This document shows, piece after piece, positions 8,574 through 18,351 of a DNA stretch of 59,340 bases; positions within the stretch are counted from its first letter, which is position 1, and each line of letters starts with the position of its first letter. The position numbers were made by a program, and so were the translations under genes. Source of the stretch: a virus (lineage: Duplodnaviria > Caudoviricetes); IMG/VR virus record IMGVR_UViG_3300031578_000034, positions 1-59,340 of that record; one strand, written 5' to 3'. The notes below the pieces were generated by a model that worked only from the letters and a program-made list of their open reading frames with translations, was not told the origin of the DNA and made no database searches.

Positions 8574-10825
8574 TACTTAGTCACACTCAGTCCGTCTGCA
8601 TAAATATCTAAAGTTGGAGGCCAAACAGGGGTATAGCCATTAACTCCTGACAGCTTTCCACGTACGGCAACATAAATATATACAACTCCGCGCCAGTCAG
8701 CAGTTCCGGTTACTGTAACTTTTTCCCAAATATTGTTTACATCAGACATTTCATCATAATCTGAGTATAGGTTGAACCCGCACCCCTGCAAGGCTAGCCT
8801 TGGGCGCCAACCAGCAGTAGCTACAGCTTCGTCTTTGCGTAAGTACAAGTCTACAGTTACTGAAGCACCATCAGCCACGTAAAATGATCCTGCTGTAATA
8901 TAAGAATGTGAATTTGTTGCTGTAGGCGTAATTTTCATTTTTATGTTGCTTGTGGTGTAATTGGTAACAGTATCTCTAGAAATTACAGATCCACCCGGCC
9001 CCCAACCGACAATATCATATTCTACACCATCTTTATTATGTAATGCAAAATAAGAGTCGTCAGGAATATACCCCACATATGACGATCCGGTGGAACAACT
9101 TTCTAAATATATACCATCCGATGGCATACTTCCACAGGTTAATGCATTAGCCGGGGCTGCTAATAAACACTCATTGCAGACACCTTTTCCACGCCCGCCA
9201 GCAGATGTGTACTGCGGGGGAGCCCACATGATGTTTGAGCGATAATTTGCAGTGGTTTGACCAAATAATTCACGATTACCGTGGTAATAAAAATCATAGG
9301 CATCTATAAACAAACCACTTTGTGCTGCATTATTATCAGTATTACAGTTGTCGTAAGTATTATCATTCGATATGATATATGTAGTGCCTTGTGTAGGAAT
9401 GATTTCAACACAGAAGTCGCCGCAAGAATCAATATCATTATTGTAAAAGTGTAAAGATCTCCCACGCATCTCAAAACAACTCGCCCCAGAATTTCTGACT
9501 TCATTGTATGCGATGGTTTGCAACATCCCGCGAGTATAGTTCGCTGATTCGCTGAGTGCGGCAGCGTTTATAGTTGTTCCGTGTAAAATAGAATTTGTAA
9601 CATTAAACGTCGAATTCGTAAACTGCAAACATCCTGAACCGTGACTGCACCAAAAACCGTCTATTAAAACGTCACCAAGTGATCCAGAGGCAGTTATGCC
9701 ATACCCCAAAGCTGACGGACCTTCAAAAGCGGACAAATCTTGTACAGTCTTTTGTTCTAGAAACAAGCCAGTCTGAAGGAAAATACCATTCCCTCCACGG
9801 TAGTCAAATGCTATCAAGCCTTCTATTTTGGTCCATGACGCAGCATTGAAATAAAAACATGCAACTGCAGCACCATCTTCACAATTTAATGCGGCCACAT
9901 GATTAACTGTTCCCATGGAAAGCGCGGAAGTATTGTACATTAACGCGGCGGCGTTGGTGGCATCGCCCATCTCATCTAGTAGTACCCAGTTGATATCATA
10001 AGGATCAGCAATTCCCGCACTGTAAATTCTAGAATGTATGGCAGCACTGTCTGAACGTATGATAAAGTTCCTGCTAGCATTTACAACTAAATCACCTATT
10101 TGATGATCTTCAGTTAAAGTTACTGCAGCTATTTGGTTATCTGCAGGAGCAGTCCACGATGTAATTTCTTCTGGGTCATCCCCTGCTGCAGGTGCTACAG
10201 CAGCATTTCCACCAATACCTATGAGTATTCTATCACCACTCCAACCAGAACTAGCATTCCAATTTACAGCAGGGTATAGCCGCAAGGTTCTACCTGCCCC
10301 GGCAGTACAAGCAGGGGCGCATGCTGCGATGCGAGAACGATGTACAGTACCAGAAGCCGTATCAAAATTTTCACATCCATACACTTTTAGATTACCACCA
10401 GCAATATACATTGTATACTTCTGACTTGCTGCAGACGTGGCAAATTCCCAAATACCTGTATTGGCACAGTTAAGGGGATTGACCGAGGTGCCTACTTGTA
10501 TTTTACCAGCACCTTGTACTCTGACTGAAGAGTACGCCGTGAATGTCCAATTTCCAGCAGGGTTTGATGGCCAATACAGGGTTCCAGAAATATCCAAGTC
10601 GTAGGTAACTGTACTCGCTGGCGAAGTACCGACCGATGTGTTGCCGTCGATAGTAATTGTGTGTCCAGCCTGAATAGTCGCGCTGTCTCCTACTCCTGGT
10701 ACACCCCCACCACCCCAAGTAGCCGGGACGCTCCAGGCACCATCTCCTGAAGACGTATATGCTACTGCCCACGAAATATTAGGAATTAATAAACATAATA
10801 AAAAAAGAATAGATCGCATTACCAC
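8573..10825 (-). CDS. G8-like/beta-helix tailspike-type protein with apparent signal peptide
   Basis: SSGDGAWSVPATWGGGGVPGVGDSATIQAGHTITID start typical of G8-type proteins; beta-helix-like repeats; preceded by MRSILFLLCLLIPNISWA. Confidence 0.65.
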   Translation of the reverse strand: MVMRSILFLLCLLIPNISWAVAYTSSGDGAWSVPATWGGGGVPGVGDSATIQAGHTITIDGNTSVGTSPASTVTYDLDISGTLYWPSNPAGNWTFTAYSSVRVQGAGKIQVGTSVNPLNCANTGIWEFATSAASQKYTMYIAGGNLKVYGCENFDTASGTVHRSRIAACAPACTAGAGRTLRLYPAVNWNASSGWSGDRILIGIGGNAAVAPAAGDDPEEITSWTAPADNQIAAVTLTEDHQIGDLVVNASRNFIIRSDSAAIHSRIYSAGIADPYDINWVLLDEMGDATNAAALMYNTSALSMGTVNHVAALNCEDGAAVACFYFNAASWTKIEGLIAFDYRGGNGIFLQTGLFLEQKTVQDLSAFEGPSALGYGITASGSLGDVLIDGFWCSHGSGCLQFTNSTFNVTNSILHGTTINAAALSESANYTRGMLQTIAYNEVRNSGASCFEMRGRSLHFYNNDIDSCGDFCVEIIPTQGTTYIISNDNTYDNCNTDNNAAQSGLFIDAYDFYYHGNRELFGQTTANYRSNIMWAPPQYTSAGGRGKGVCNECLLAAPANALTCGSMPSDGIYLESCSTGSSYVGYIPDDSYFALHNKDGVEYDIVGWGPGGSVISRDTVTNYTTSNIKMKITPTATNSHSYITAGSFYVADGASVTVDLYLRKDEAVATAGWRPRLALQGCGFNLYSDYDEMSDVNNIWEKVTVTGTADWRGVVYIYVAVRGKLSGVNGYTPVWPPTLDIYADGLSVTK

Positions 10826-10827
10826 AC

Positions 10828-12246
10828 CTACACTATTGTTGCTTGCCCGAGAACAACATATTGTTTATTGTTAACTGGAATTATCTCGTTTGTGGGCATA
10901 GTAGAATTTCCGCTTTCGTCGCGTAAATAATAACTGTGTATGATTACTGCATCTACGCTTGTAACCGGATAATCACCGTATCCTTCTTGCAGAACTATGA
11001 TTAAATCGCTCTTTTGAATGTCATTCCCAAGCCTGTAATTTTCATTTATATATTGGGATAGTGCATTTCTAACCCGGTTTCTTACTGTAGCGCCATCTGC
11101 ATTTGGTAACAATGTTAGGGAGGCATTTATGTATAAATACATCGGGTATGCTTGTTTCAGCAAAACGTCTGCTGTCAATATATTGTTTTCCGGAAGATCA
11201 AAATTTCCTTGAGAGTTGTACAACGTCTCTGGGTAGGTGTACGAAATAGTAAATGTCTCGCCCGCTGACAATGCCGCTGCTGTACTTATCTCTACATAAT
11301 CTATTGCTTCTGTACTTCTGCGCCGCCCCGATGTAGAGTCTTTTGTAACCGAATATTGAGACGATGGCAGCGTTCCAACGCTCACTGCTACAGGAGCAGA
11401 GGCCGCAATTATCGGACGTTTGCTAAAGTAGTATCTAGGCTGCGACGGATCGTAGGTAAAAGTGTCAGTCTTTGCCGCTAAACTTGTATCTATGACAAAT
11501 GCATCGACACCTGTAGTTCTTTCTGCGTCCGAATCTTCCGCACTAATTGCGTAAGCATCGATAAACCCCAAGTCTTTAAGATACTTTCGAAGACCATTAA
11601 CTACGTTAAGCTCCCGTCCTGTTTTAGCTAACCGAATACGGGCACGCAGATCGTCATCTAATTCTTCGTCCCGGCCACCAATAGCAGCTGTTCTGTTTGT
11701 TACACCAGCAATATCAGAGACAGCAGAAACAATAGTATTTATAAACGTGGCGCCCACATTACCAACCGTCCCAGATATGTCACACACAGCTGCAGCCGTA
11801 AATTCGTAGCGAGATCTGTCGTACGAATAATACGCCGGCATGCTGCCAACAGCAAATCTAGCCTCTGCCACTGTCGTAAACGTTACTGGTGAAACAAAGG
11901 AAGTTCCCGATGTTCTGACCGACGTGCCCGCTGGAATAACAATGTCGCTGCTTGGCAATGTAGTAGCATAAAATGTCAACGTTACTGTTGCATATGAGCC
12001 TGTCAGGCGCTCTTTTTTGTAGTTAGTTGCTTCATTGTCTAAGTCTGTTCCCGCTAGGCGGTCTAGAATATGTAAATTTTGAACTTTTGAAATCTCTCCC
12101 ATTATTATCTTTCCGCCAATAGAAAACGGAAGAAGTAAAAGATCTTTCGCTATACTGTTATCACTGGTGTCTAGACTTCTGTTAAAGGCCCGCAAGAATG
12201 TCTTTATCTCAGCCAGCAGCGTTTGAAGCGTTTTAATAGACGCCAT
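10828..12246 (-). CDS. baseplate wedge protein (baseplate J-like)
   Basis: GTVGNVGA...VTNRTAAIGGRDEELDDDLRARI is the classic baseplate J signature. Confidence 0.9.
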   Translation of the reverse strand: MASIKTLQTLLAEIKTFLRAFNRSLDTSDNSIAKDLLLLPFSIGGKIIMGEISKVQNLHILDRLAGTDLDNEATNYKKERLTGSYATVTLTFYATTLPSSDIVIPAGTSVRTSGTSFVSPVTFTTVAEARFAVGSMPAYYSYDRSRYEFTAAAVCDISGTVGNVGATFINTIVSAVSDIAGVTNRTAAIGGRDEELDDDLRARIRLAKTGRELNVVNGLRKYLKDLGFIDAYAISAEDSDAERTTGVDAFVIDTSLAAKTDTFTYDPSQPRYYFSKRPIIAASAPVAVSVGTLPSSQYSVTKDSTSGRRRSTEAIDYVEISTAAALSAGETFTISYTYPETLYNSQGNFDLPENNILTADVLLKQAYPMYLYINASLTLLPNADGATVRNRVRNALSQYINENYRLGNDIQKSDLIIVLQEGYGDYPVTSVDAVIIHSYYLRDESGNSTMPTNEIIPVNNKQYVVLGQATIV

Positions 12247-12248
12247 AT

Positions 12249-12971
12249 TTATCCCACCTTAACTGTTTTATTAGATATAGACACTTGATTGCCAGTAAGA
12301 TCTTTGACTGTTAAATTTACTATAAATTGTCTTGGCTCGTCGCTTGCCTGGTATGCTTCTATTGTATCAATTGAGTCAACCAACTCAGAACCCTTAAATC
12401 GCCTGTTGTAGTCCAAGTAAAACGTAACTTGATTGCTCTCTGGAAGTGCAATTACCTTTTCTCCAATAATAATTTCTTGTCTAGACGCAAAGCTTGACGG
12501 CGTTGCTGTAAACGTCTCTAAGAAGTTTGTCTCATAGATGTTCTTAAACACCTTTGAAACTCCATACTCATAGGCTGTCCCATTATTTACGCCAGTATCT
12601 GTAAACTTCCAAGTTTGTGCCCGATCTGAAATGCGAGTAAATTGCTCTGTCGTTCCTGCCCCACGTCTCCAGATAGAAAAACCAGACAAGTCTGGGTCTG
12701 TAAGTGAAACTTCATCTAACTGCACCTGTCGGAAGGCGCGCGCTATAATATTTATTAACGTCTTTACATATCGGTATTTCACTGCCTTTTGGTTAATAAG
12801 GGCTTTTCCAACTGATTGATCATTTATTACAGCCCGGACTAACTGCGCTACAAGCTTAAAATGCCCGTCCACCAGCTGGATGTCTCCAGTCGGAGATAAC
12901 GCAAGAGTACATTTTTTTACTTGACCCTCTGGAATAAGCACCTTTAGGTCTGTTTGGTATGGGAGTGTCAT
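12249..12971 (-). CDS. baseplate wedge subunit (gp25-like, with Ig/FN3-like insertion)
   Basis: GDIQLVDG..KL..Q N-terminus and DEPRQFIVNLTV C-terminus; directly upstream of baseplate J; ATGA overlap supports start 12971. Confidence 0.6.
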   Translation of the reverse strand: MTLPYQTDLKVLIPEGQVKKCTLALSPTGDIQLVDGHFKLVAQLVRAVINDQSVGKALINQKAVKYRYVKTLINIIARAFRQVQLDEVSLTDPDLSGFSIWRRGAGTTEQFTRISDRAQTWKFTDTGVNNGTAYEYGVSKVFKNIYETNFLETFTATPSSFASRQEIIIGEKVIALPESNQVTFYLDYNRRFKGSELVDSIDTIEAYQASDEPRQFIVNLTVKDLTGNQVSISNKTVKVG

Positions 12972-13444
12972 GATCCACACGAGTCAATTGCTTCAACAAA
13001 GTCATCGAATAATTGACTTATCCTATCAATAGTAGTAGTTAGTTTATTTTTATCATCTAATGCAGCAATGTATTGGTTTAGCTCATATTGGCGCTCTTCT
13101 ATATCAGACAACGCTAAATCCTTTGCGCTTGTAATTGCTGCGGCAATCTGGGCAACTGGGTCGCAATCTGCATATGGGCGTATGAAGCTTTCAAGTATTG
13201 CTAATGGCGCACTTATTGGGTCCACAATCTGTTCCCACGCAGCTAGCTCAGCTTGATATTGTAGCTTGCGCAATTCATCCTCGTAATCAGCCCCAGCTAT
13301 TAAAAGAGCCGTTTTAATAACGTCTAAAATAGCTTCTAATGACGTGACTAGGTTCTTCAGGTCTGCTTTTGCTCCGCTTCCTAAGCTCCCAACGAACGCA
13401 CAAAAACATTCAATGCCTTCATCGCTATTATCACCAAATGCCAC
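12968..13444 (-). CDS. hypothetical helical virion protein
   Basis: 158 aa; AGGAGG RBS; preceded by the candidate late promoter motif. Confidence 0.6.
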   Translation of the reverse strand: MAFGDNSDEGIECFCAFVGSLGSGAKADLKNLVTSLEAILDVIKTALLIAGADYEDELRKLQYQAELAAWEQIVDPISAPLAILESFIRPYADCDPVAQIAAAITSAKDLALSDIEERQYELNQYIAALDDKNKLTTTIDRISQLFDDFVEAIDSCGS

Positions 13445-13464
13445 ACAGACCTCCTATTTAGCAG

Positions 13465-13497
13465 ATTTTACCCCCGTTTCTTAGAAGGGATTTAACT
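13465..13497 (-). promoter_or_regulatory. candidate late promoter AGTTAAA-N20-TAAAAT
   Basis: One of 11 fixed-spacing copies; precedes the baseplate/fibre operon. Confidence 0.7.
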
Positions 13498-13536
13498 AGT
13501 GGAAGATCATCTCTGTATAATAGTGTGGGAGGTAAA

Positions 13537-14472
13537 ATGGAAAAAGGAATTTTAGTTATTTCGCATAACGACTTAGATGGTGTTGCGTGCGTCATACTGC
13601 TGAAAAGAAGCACTGATAAGCCAGTCGAGTATGTTCTTGCAGACTACAACAGTGTAGATTACGAAATTAACCAAAGGATTACGCGCGAAGCGCAGCATAA
13701 ATATAGCCAAATTTTCATAACAGATATTTGCCCGTTAGAAGGTACATGTATGCATATAAACCAGCAATATTCTGCTGGGGTTCAAGTAAAGCTTTTAGAT
13801 CACCATACGACGAGATCTTGGGTCAACGACTATCCTTGGGCAACGTACGAAAATCATATTTGCGGGTGCGAACTCGTGTATGAATACATTACCAAGCATT
13901 TTCCTGTAGGGGAAAGCAAAGCCGCAGAACAAGACTGGATGTTTGCACAGGCAGTTGGTGCTTGGGATCTTTGGCGAGTAAGTAGCCCCCATAGACCTAG
14001 AGGAGAAGAGTTAAACAGCCTACTACGATTTATAGGAAAAGATTCATTTATTAGAGTTTTTTCTGAAGATATAAATCAGGACAAAAAAGAATTTCAAAGC
14101 ACCATATCCTACCTAGCAGATAAAAAGAAAAGGTATGTGGGCAGTGTTCTTGCAAATCAGCTAGATAGTGCCCCGATCCATTCTGATGGACAGGGGCTTC
14201 AGTTCAAGATCATATTTGCAACTGACTACGTAAGTGACATAGGCGACTCAATATTAAGGCACCCAGACTACGAAGATATCGATTACGTTGTGCTTGTAAA
14301 CCCAGTAATGAACGCGGTATCACTGCGTTCCAGAAAGGGCGATGTCGATGTGGCCAGACTTGCCAAACGTCTTGGTGGTGGGGGGCACAAATCAGCTGCT
14401 GGCTTCTCTAAAAATTTTACGTATGGAATAGACAAAAAACTGTCTAATCTACTTAACCTATTAGAATACTAA
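13537..14472 (+). CDS. DHH/DHHA1 phosphoesterase (NrnA-like)
   Basis: SHNDLDG, ITD, LDHH, SLRS and GGGHKSAAG motifs; TATAAT at 13516-13521. Confidence 0.9.
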   Translation: MEKGILVISHNDLDGVACVILLKRSTDKPVEYVLADYNSVDYEINQRITREAQHKYSQIFITDICPLEGTCMHINQQYSAGVQVKLLDHHTTRSWVNDYPWATYENHICGCELVYEYITKHFPVGESKAAEQDWMFAQAVGAWDLWRVSSPHRPRGEELNSLLRFIGKDSFIRVFSEDINQDKKEFQSTISYLADKKKRYVGSVLANQLDSAPIHSDGQGLQFKIIFATDYVSDIGDSILRHPDYEDIDYVVLVNPVMNAVSLRSRKGDVDVARLAKRLGGGGHKSAAGFSKNFTYGIDKKLSNLLNLLEY

Positions 14473-15530
14473 ACTGTTTTTACTTTTGGTGACAACGCTG
14501 GGGACAGCGCAGATTTGAACGCCTCAAGAGCGATTTTCATAGTGACTATCTGCGCTTGCATATTTATGGCGGTTGGTGATGCTGGCCACGGAATTGTGGG
14601 CGCTGGAGTCAACAGAGGAACACTTGCAAAGTATGCCGTCATCCAGTCTAAAAATGTTGAAAACGCTATTAAAAATGTATTTTCTGCAGCCGTATACTGG
14701 TTTCCTTTTATAAGCTGCTCTGAAGCAGCTACTCCTCCTAGTTGTACTTCAGTGCCGTCAACAAGAGCTTTTCCAGTTTTGGCTACTAATTCAGCATTGC
14801 CAGCTTCGTCTAAACCAATAGATGCAACAGGATTTCCCCCTACAAGGGATTGAAACAGTACCCGTAATTTACTCCCATAAGAGCTAATGTCTGGAACAGC
14901 GCCTAAAGTCGTATCCTTTATTTCGCCCAAGTGCATTCTAGCTAGTTTAACGCCGCCCTTTGCAACCTCAATAAAGGCCTCTACAGTGGGCACTGCACCC
15001 TCTAGGATGACCGTAGCGCCCTTTCCGGGTAGATCCCTAACGGTGGACCCTAGACCAGCCTTAATTCCATTCCCGGCAATCCTAAGGGTCATAGCGCCTA
15101 AGCGCAAGATTCTTCCTTTTGTAAAGTATTTAAGACCCTCATTTAGCCCATTTAACAGCCCAAAGTCCCCTGAGTTGGTTAAAGACAGCCAGACACGTTT
15201 TGACAGGTTTGATAAGAAAACCTCACCACCCTTGACCTCTTTCGCTAGAACAGTTTCTCCAGTCTGATTGTCTTTTGTTGTTCCAGCTATTTTATTGATA
15301 TAATTGTACTCTAGCTTGCCTAAGTAATATTCCCAATCATCTGCAAACAGAATTAGCCCATATTCTCCCACTTTTGGCATGGAAAAGTCGCCAGATCCTG
15401 ATATAATTGGGATGTTGGTAGCGCCGGATTCTTGCCCAAGCCATTTTATATCGACTGTGCGCGACGCAGAATTTACGCTTATAACCTCACCGGGCTGTAC
15501 GTACAATCCTTGAGTATGTGCTATTGCCAT
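14469..15530 (-). CDS. baseplate central spike (gpV/gp5-like OB fold)
   Basis: GEVISVN...VDIKW...MPKVGEYGLI..YYLG OB-fold pattern; follows the hub gene. Confidence 0.65.
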   Translation of the reverse strand: MAIAHTQGLYVQPGEVISVNSASRTVDIKWLGQESGATNIPIISGSGDFSMPKVGEYGLILFADDWEYYLGKLEYNYINKIAGTTKDNQTGETVLAKEVKGGEVFLSNLSKRVWLSLTNSGDFGLLNGLNEGLKYFTKGRILRLGAMTLRIAGNGIKAGLGSTVRDLPGKGATVILEGAVPTVEAFIEVAKGGVKLARMHLGEIKDTTLGAVPDISSYGSKLRVLFQSLVGGNPVASIGLDEAGNAELVAKTGKALVDGTEVQLGGVAASEQLIKGNQYTAAENTFLIAFSTFLDWMTAYFASVPLLTPAPTIPWPASPTAINMQAQIVTMKIALEAFKSALSPALSPKVKTV

Positions 15531-15538
15531 AAGTAACC

Positions 15539-17608
15539 TTATAATAGAGGGTTTTCAAAGGCACTAGAAATCCCCTCAGAGATTTCTTTGCTCTTTTTAT
15601 CGTAGTATTCCATCGCGCTATCAAATTTTTTCTCGTAATCAGTTTGAAACCGAAGTCCAGGAAGCTCTGGAAGCTGGTCTTTTCCAGTATTTACGCGGTA
15701 TAAGTTTTCTGACTTTACAATATACGTATACAGATCCGGAGCGGGCATCAACTCAGATCTCCCAAAATTGGAGTTTATAGATGTTGTTGGCTCCGCGCCA
15801 ATTGGAATGTTGTGCGTTAGCGAGTTCACGTAGAATATTTCTCGATCTGGAACAATAAAAAGTGGAGATGCAACTTCTAGCTCTGGGCGAAATACAATAT
15901 TATCCTGTCTTGTATACAGCTGCGCGTTTTCAAACATCAAGAGTTCCCGCGCAGCAAGATCCATAAATTTGACATGATCTCCATCACGAGTGACTAATTT
16001 TGGGTTAACATTGAACAGCGGGTTAGTGACTGATCCACGGCGGTATCCGAATCTACGCAGCAGGTTTGTGGCTGTATAGCTACCAACTAGGTCAACTACC
16101 CTAGGGTCTGCATCAGAAAACGGGTAAAACCCCTCTAAATGTAAGAATGTTTTTAGCTCTTCGACATTATATGAGCTAGATGTTGATATGATCTCTTCTG
16201 GCCCGATCACCTGCATTCCGGGAAAAAGCCGTTCGTGGTGCACAGGATCGTTGTTTTCCTTTAGATACACTAAATCATACTTTAAAAAATCTGTTCCCAG
16301 ACGTATGGGGTGGTAGCGCACATTCCCAAACCCGTCAACGTACAAATTGTAGTACACCATTTCTGCCACGCCCTGGATTATACTTAGGCGCGAGTCAAAA
16401 GAGGACTCAAACGTTTTAACAGATTGCGTATTCCAAATCCTATATGGCGTGGTCTCAGACCCCCAACTGCTAACAAAGCGCTTTCTAGTATGCTTAGTCA
16501 ATTCCAAGGCTTTGCGTAGACTGAAATTATCCTTTCTGTACGCACCGTTCTCTACAAAGAGGTCTAAGGCCTCATCCGTACCACCAGATCCGTCAGCAGT
16601 TGCATTTGTGGCAACTCCAAAATTTCCAAGACCAAAGAAAGATAGATACCCACTTTTTTTATTTTTAGATTTCGCATCTGTATCAGCAACTGTTATATCT
16701 GCGATGCGCCCCTTTACGGGATCCCACTTTAAAGATCCGCCAACAAACATTGCGTTTATTATTTCAAAATGATCTATCCCGTAAAAAGGTTTATTGAATA
16801 TATTTATGGCCTCTTTAGTGCTACGCTCACCTACTTGGATAATGGAAGGTTGTACCATCTCATAACTAACGCGCGCTAGTTCCAGGGAATCTCGGCATTC
16901 TAATGTAAGTGACGTAAATCCCTCTGTATTAGAATCACTGATTGACGTTATGTACCCATCAAACAATGGAAAGGTCCAATCTTTATACATGCGTCCCTTT
17001 GACCAAACCATAATTGGAAGCATCGGAGCAAATAATTGACTCAGTATGTTAAACGTTTTGTCGAAGAACAGACGCAACTTTCCGTCTCTAGTCAAATTGT
17101 AGCTATCGCGGATATCTATTGTAGATGTACCTATTCCGGAAGATACCTTATTTACTACTACATTGGTAATGAAAAAGTTGATCAAGTAGTTTATAAACAG
17201 AGATATATCTTCGTCATTTCCCATGACGCGAGCTTGCTGAAGGGCATCATAGAGTGGAGACTTCTTCCAGTTCTTTCCATACGATAAAACGTACTCAAAG
17301 TAATATGAAAAAAACTGTAATAGGTTGTGCCCCACACGCTTAAGTGTTTCTCGGGATACAGGGCGTTGCCCTGCCAACGGCTGCCCGTCATCATCGGTTT
17401 CAGAAAGCACAAAGGTGTGATTGAAGTCAATAGACACAAGTATCTCAGGCCTATACGTGTTATCTGGAACTATATATGGGATGCCTAGGCTTGGAACAAA
17501 GTAGTTTTTTACGAACGGAAAAAACGCTTCGTGCTGCTGTCCCGGTCCATGACGAACAGAATAGCTATATAGCTCTTTCGCTAGAGCACTAGCAATCACA
17601 TCAGGCAT
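15539..17608 (-). CDS. baseplate hub protein
   Basis: FDGYITSIS..LTLECRD, LYVDGFGNVRYHP and FRPEL motifs of contractile-tail hub proteins; gene order. Confidence 0.7.
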   Translation of the reverse strand: MPDVIASALAKELYSYSVRHGPGQQHEAFFPFVKNYFVPSLGIPYIVPDNTYRPEILVSIDFNHTFVLSETDDDGQPLAGQRPVSRETLKRVGHNLLQFFSYYFEYVLSYGKNWKKSPLYDALQQARVMGNDEDISLFINYLINFFITNVVVNKVSSGIGTSTIDIRDSYNLTRDGKLRLFFDKTFNILSQLFAPMLPIMVWSKGRMYKDWTFPLFDGYITSISDSNTEGFTSLTLECRDSLELARVSYEMVQPSIIQVGERSTKEAINIFNKPFYGIDHFEIINAMFVGGSLKWDPVKGRIADITVADTDAKSKNKKSGYLSFFGLGNFGVATNATADGSGGTDEALDLFVENGAYRKDNFSLRKALELTKHTRKRFVSSWGSETTPYRIWNTQSVKTFESSFDSRLSIIQGVAEMVYYNLYVDGFGNVRYHPIRLGTDFLKYDLVYLKENNDPVHHERLFPGMQVIGPEEIISTSSSYNVEELKTFLHLEGFYPFSDADPRVVDLVGSYTATNLLRRFGYRRGSVTNPLFNVNPKLVTRDGDHVKFMDLAARELLMFENAQLYTRQDNIVFRPELEVASPLFIVPDREIFYVNSLTHNIPIGAEPTTSINSNFGRSELMPAPDLYTYIVKSENLYRVNTGKDQLPELPGLRFQTDYEKKFDSAMEYYDKKSKEISEGISSAFENPLL

Positions 17609-18339
17609 TACACATCTCGGCTGATAAAGTCATTGTTAGGAAATTCACGATCTTCACGATTTTTGCTTTCAGCCAGATTTTTTAGATTTACAATGCTCAT
17701 TGTGTATTTCCAATTCCATGGTGTTTCTGCATTCTGTTCAAATGAAAACTCGTTTAAGTATATCCTTAAGATTTCTTCCCCCATCTCAAGTGTCATTATA
17801 TCTCTATCAGCATCAAATAGATCAAACATAGTTTCTAGTCTTTTAAACGTTCTGTACTTTGGCGACATTCCGATAAGCTCAAAGTAAGATAGGCGCCCAG
17901 ATAATACACTGTTTAGCGTCCCAACAGGTAAATTCCCGCCTAGAGATCCTGTTTCTAAACCAGGGCGTACTTCCTGGATAACTGCATCAACAACAGGCTT
18001 TATTGGATTATACCCGTCTTGGATAACCGTTGGTAACAAATTTCCTGTTTGTCCGTTTATCGTAATCATTTCTAGATCAGTTCCCCAGTCGAATACTACA
18101 AATCGTCCTGGTGCTGACGTTTGCACCTTCTGAGTTATCTTTTGCTTACTGTATGAAATGGATGACGGGTTGACTTTAAGCGTAACCACATCTTTTGGAA
18201 GAATAGAATCTATTGCGCCGCGCTGCGCGAAGTACGCGATTTCAGACCCAATGTAGCGCCTAAACGTGAGCCTTTCTGTCTGCCCAGAATCTGTTAGTAG
18301 ACCTACAGCGGATCTTGCGTAATCACCAGCTGTGGGCAT
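17608..18339 (-). CDS. tail tube initiator / baseplate protein
   Basis: LKVNPSSISYS...WG...ITINGQTG and PWNWKY motifs; directly after the tape measure. Confidence 0.65.
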   Translation of the reverse strand: MPTAGDYARSAVGLLTDSGQTERLTFRRYIGSEIAYFAQRGAIDSILPKDVVTLKVNPSSISYSKQKITQKVQTSAPGRFVVFDWGTDLEMITINGQTGNLLPTVIQDGYNPIKPVVDAVIQEVRPGLETGSLGGNLPVGTLNSVLSGRLSYFELIGMSPKYRTFKRLETMFDLFDADRDIMTLEMGEEILRIYLNEFSFEQNAETPWNWKYTMSIVNLKNLAESKNREDREFPNNDFISRDV

Positions 18340-18351
18340 AGTAGTGTCCCC

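Noticed and set aside
1736-10825. Diversity-generating retroelement or invertible fibre cassette
   Set aside because: No reverse transcriptase, recombinase or near-identical nucleotide repeat pair seen; the duplications are diverged and protein-level.
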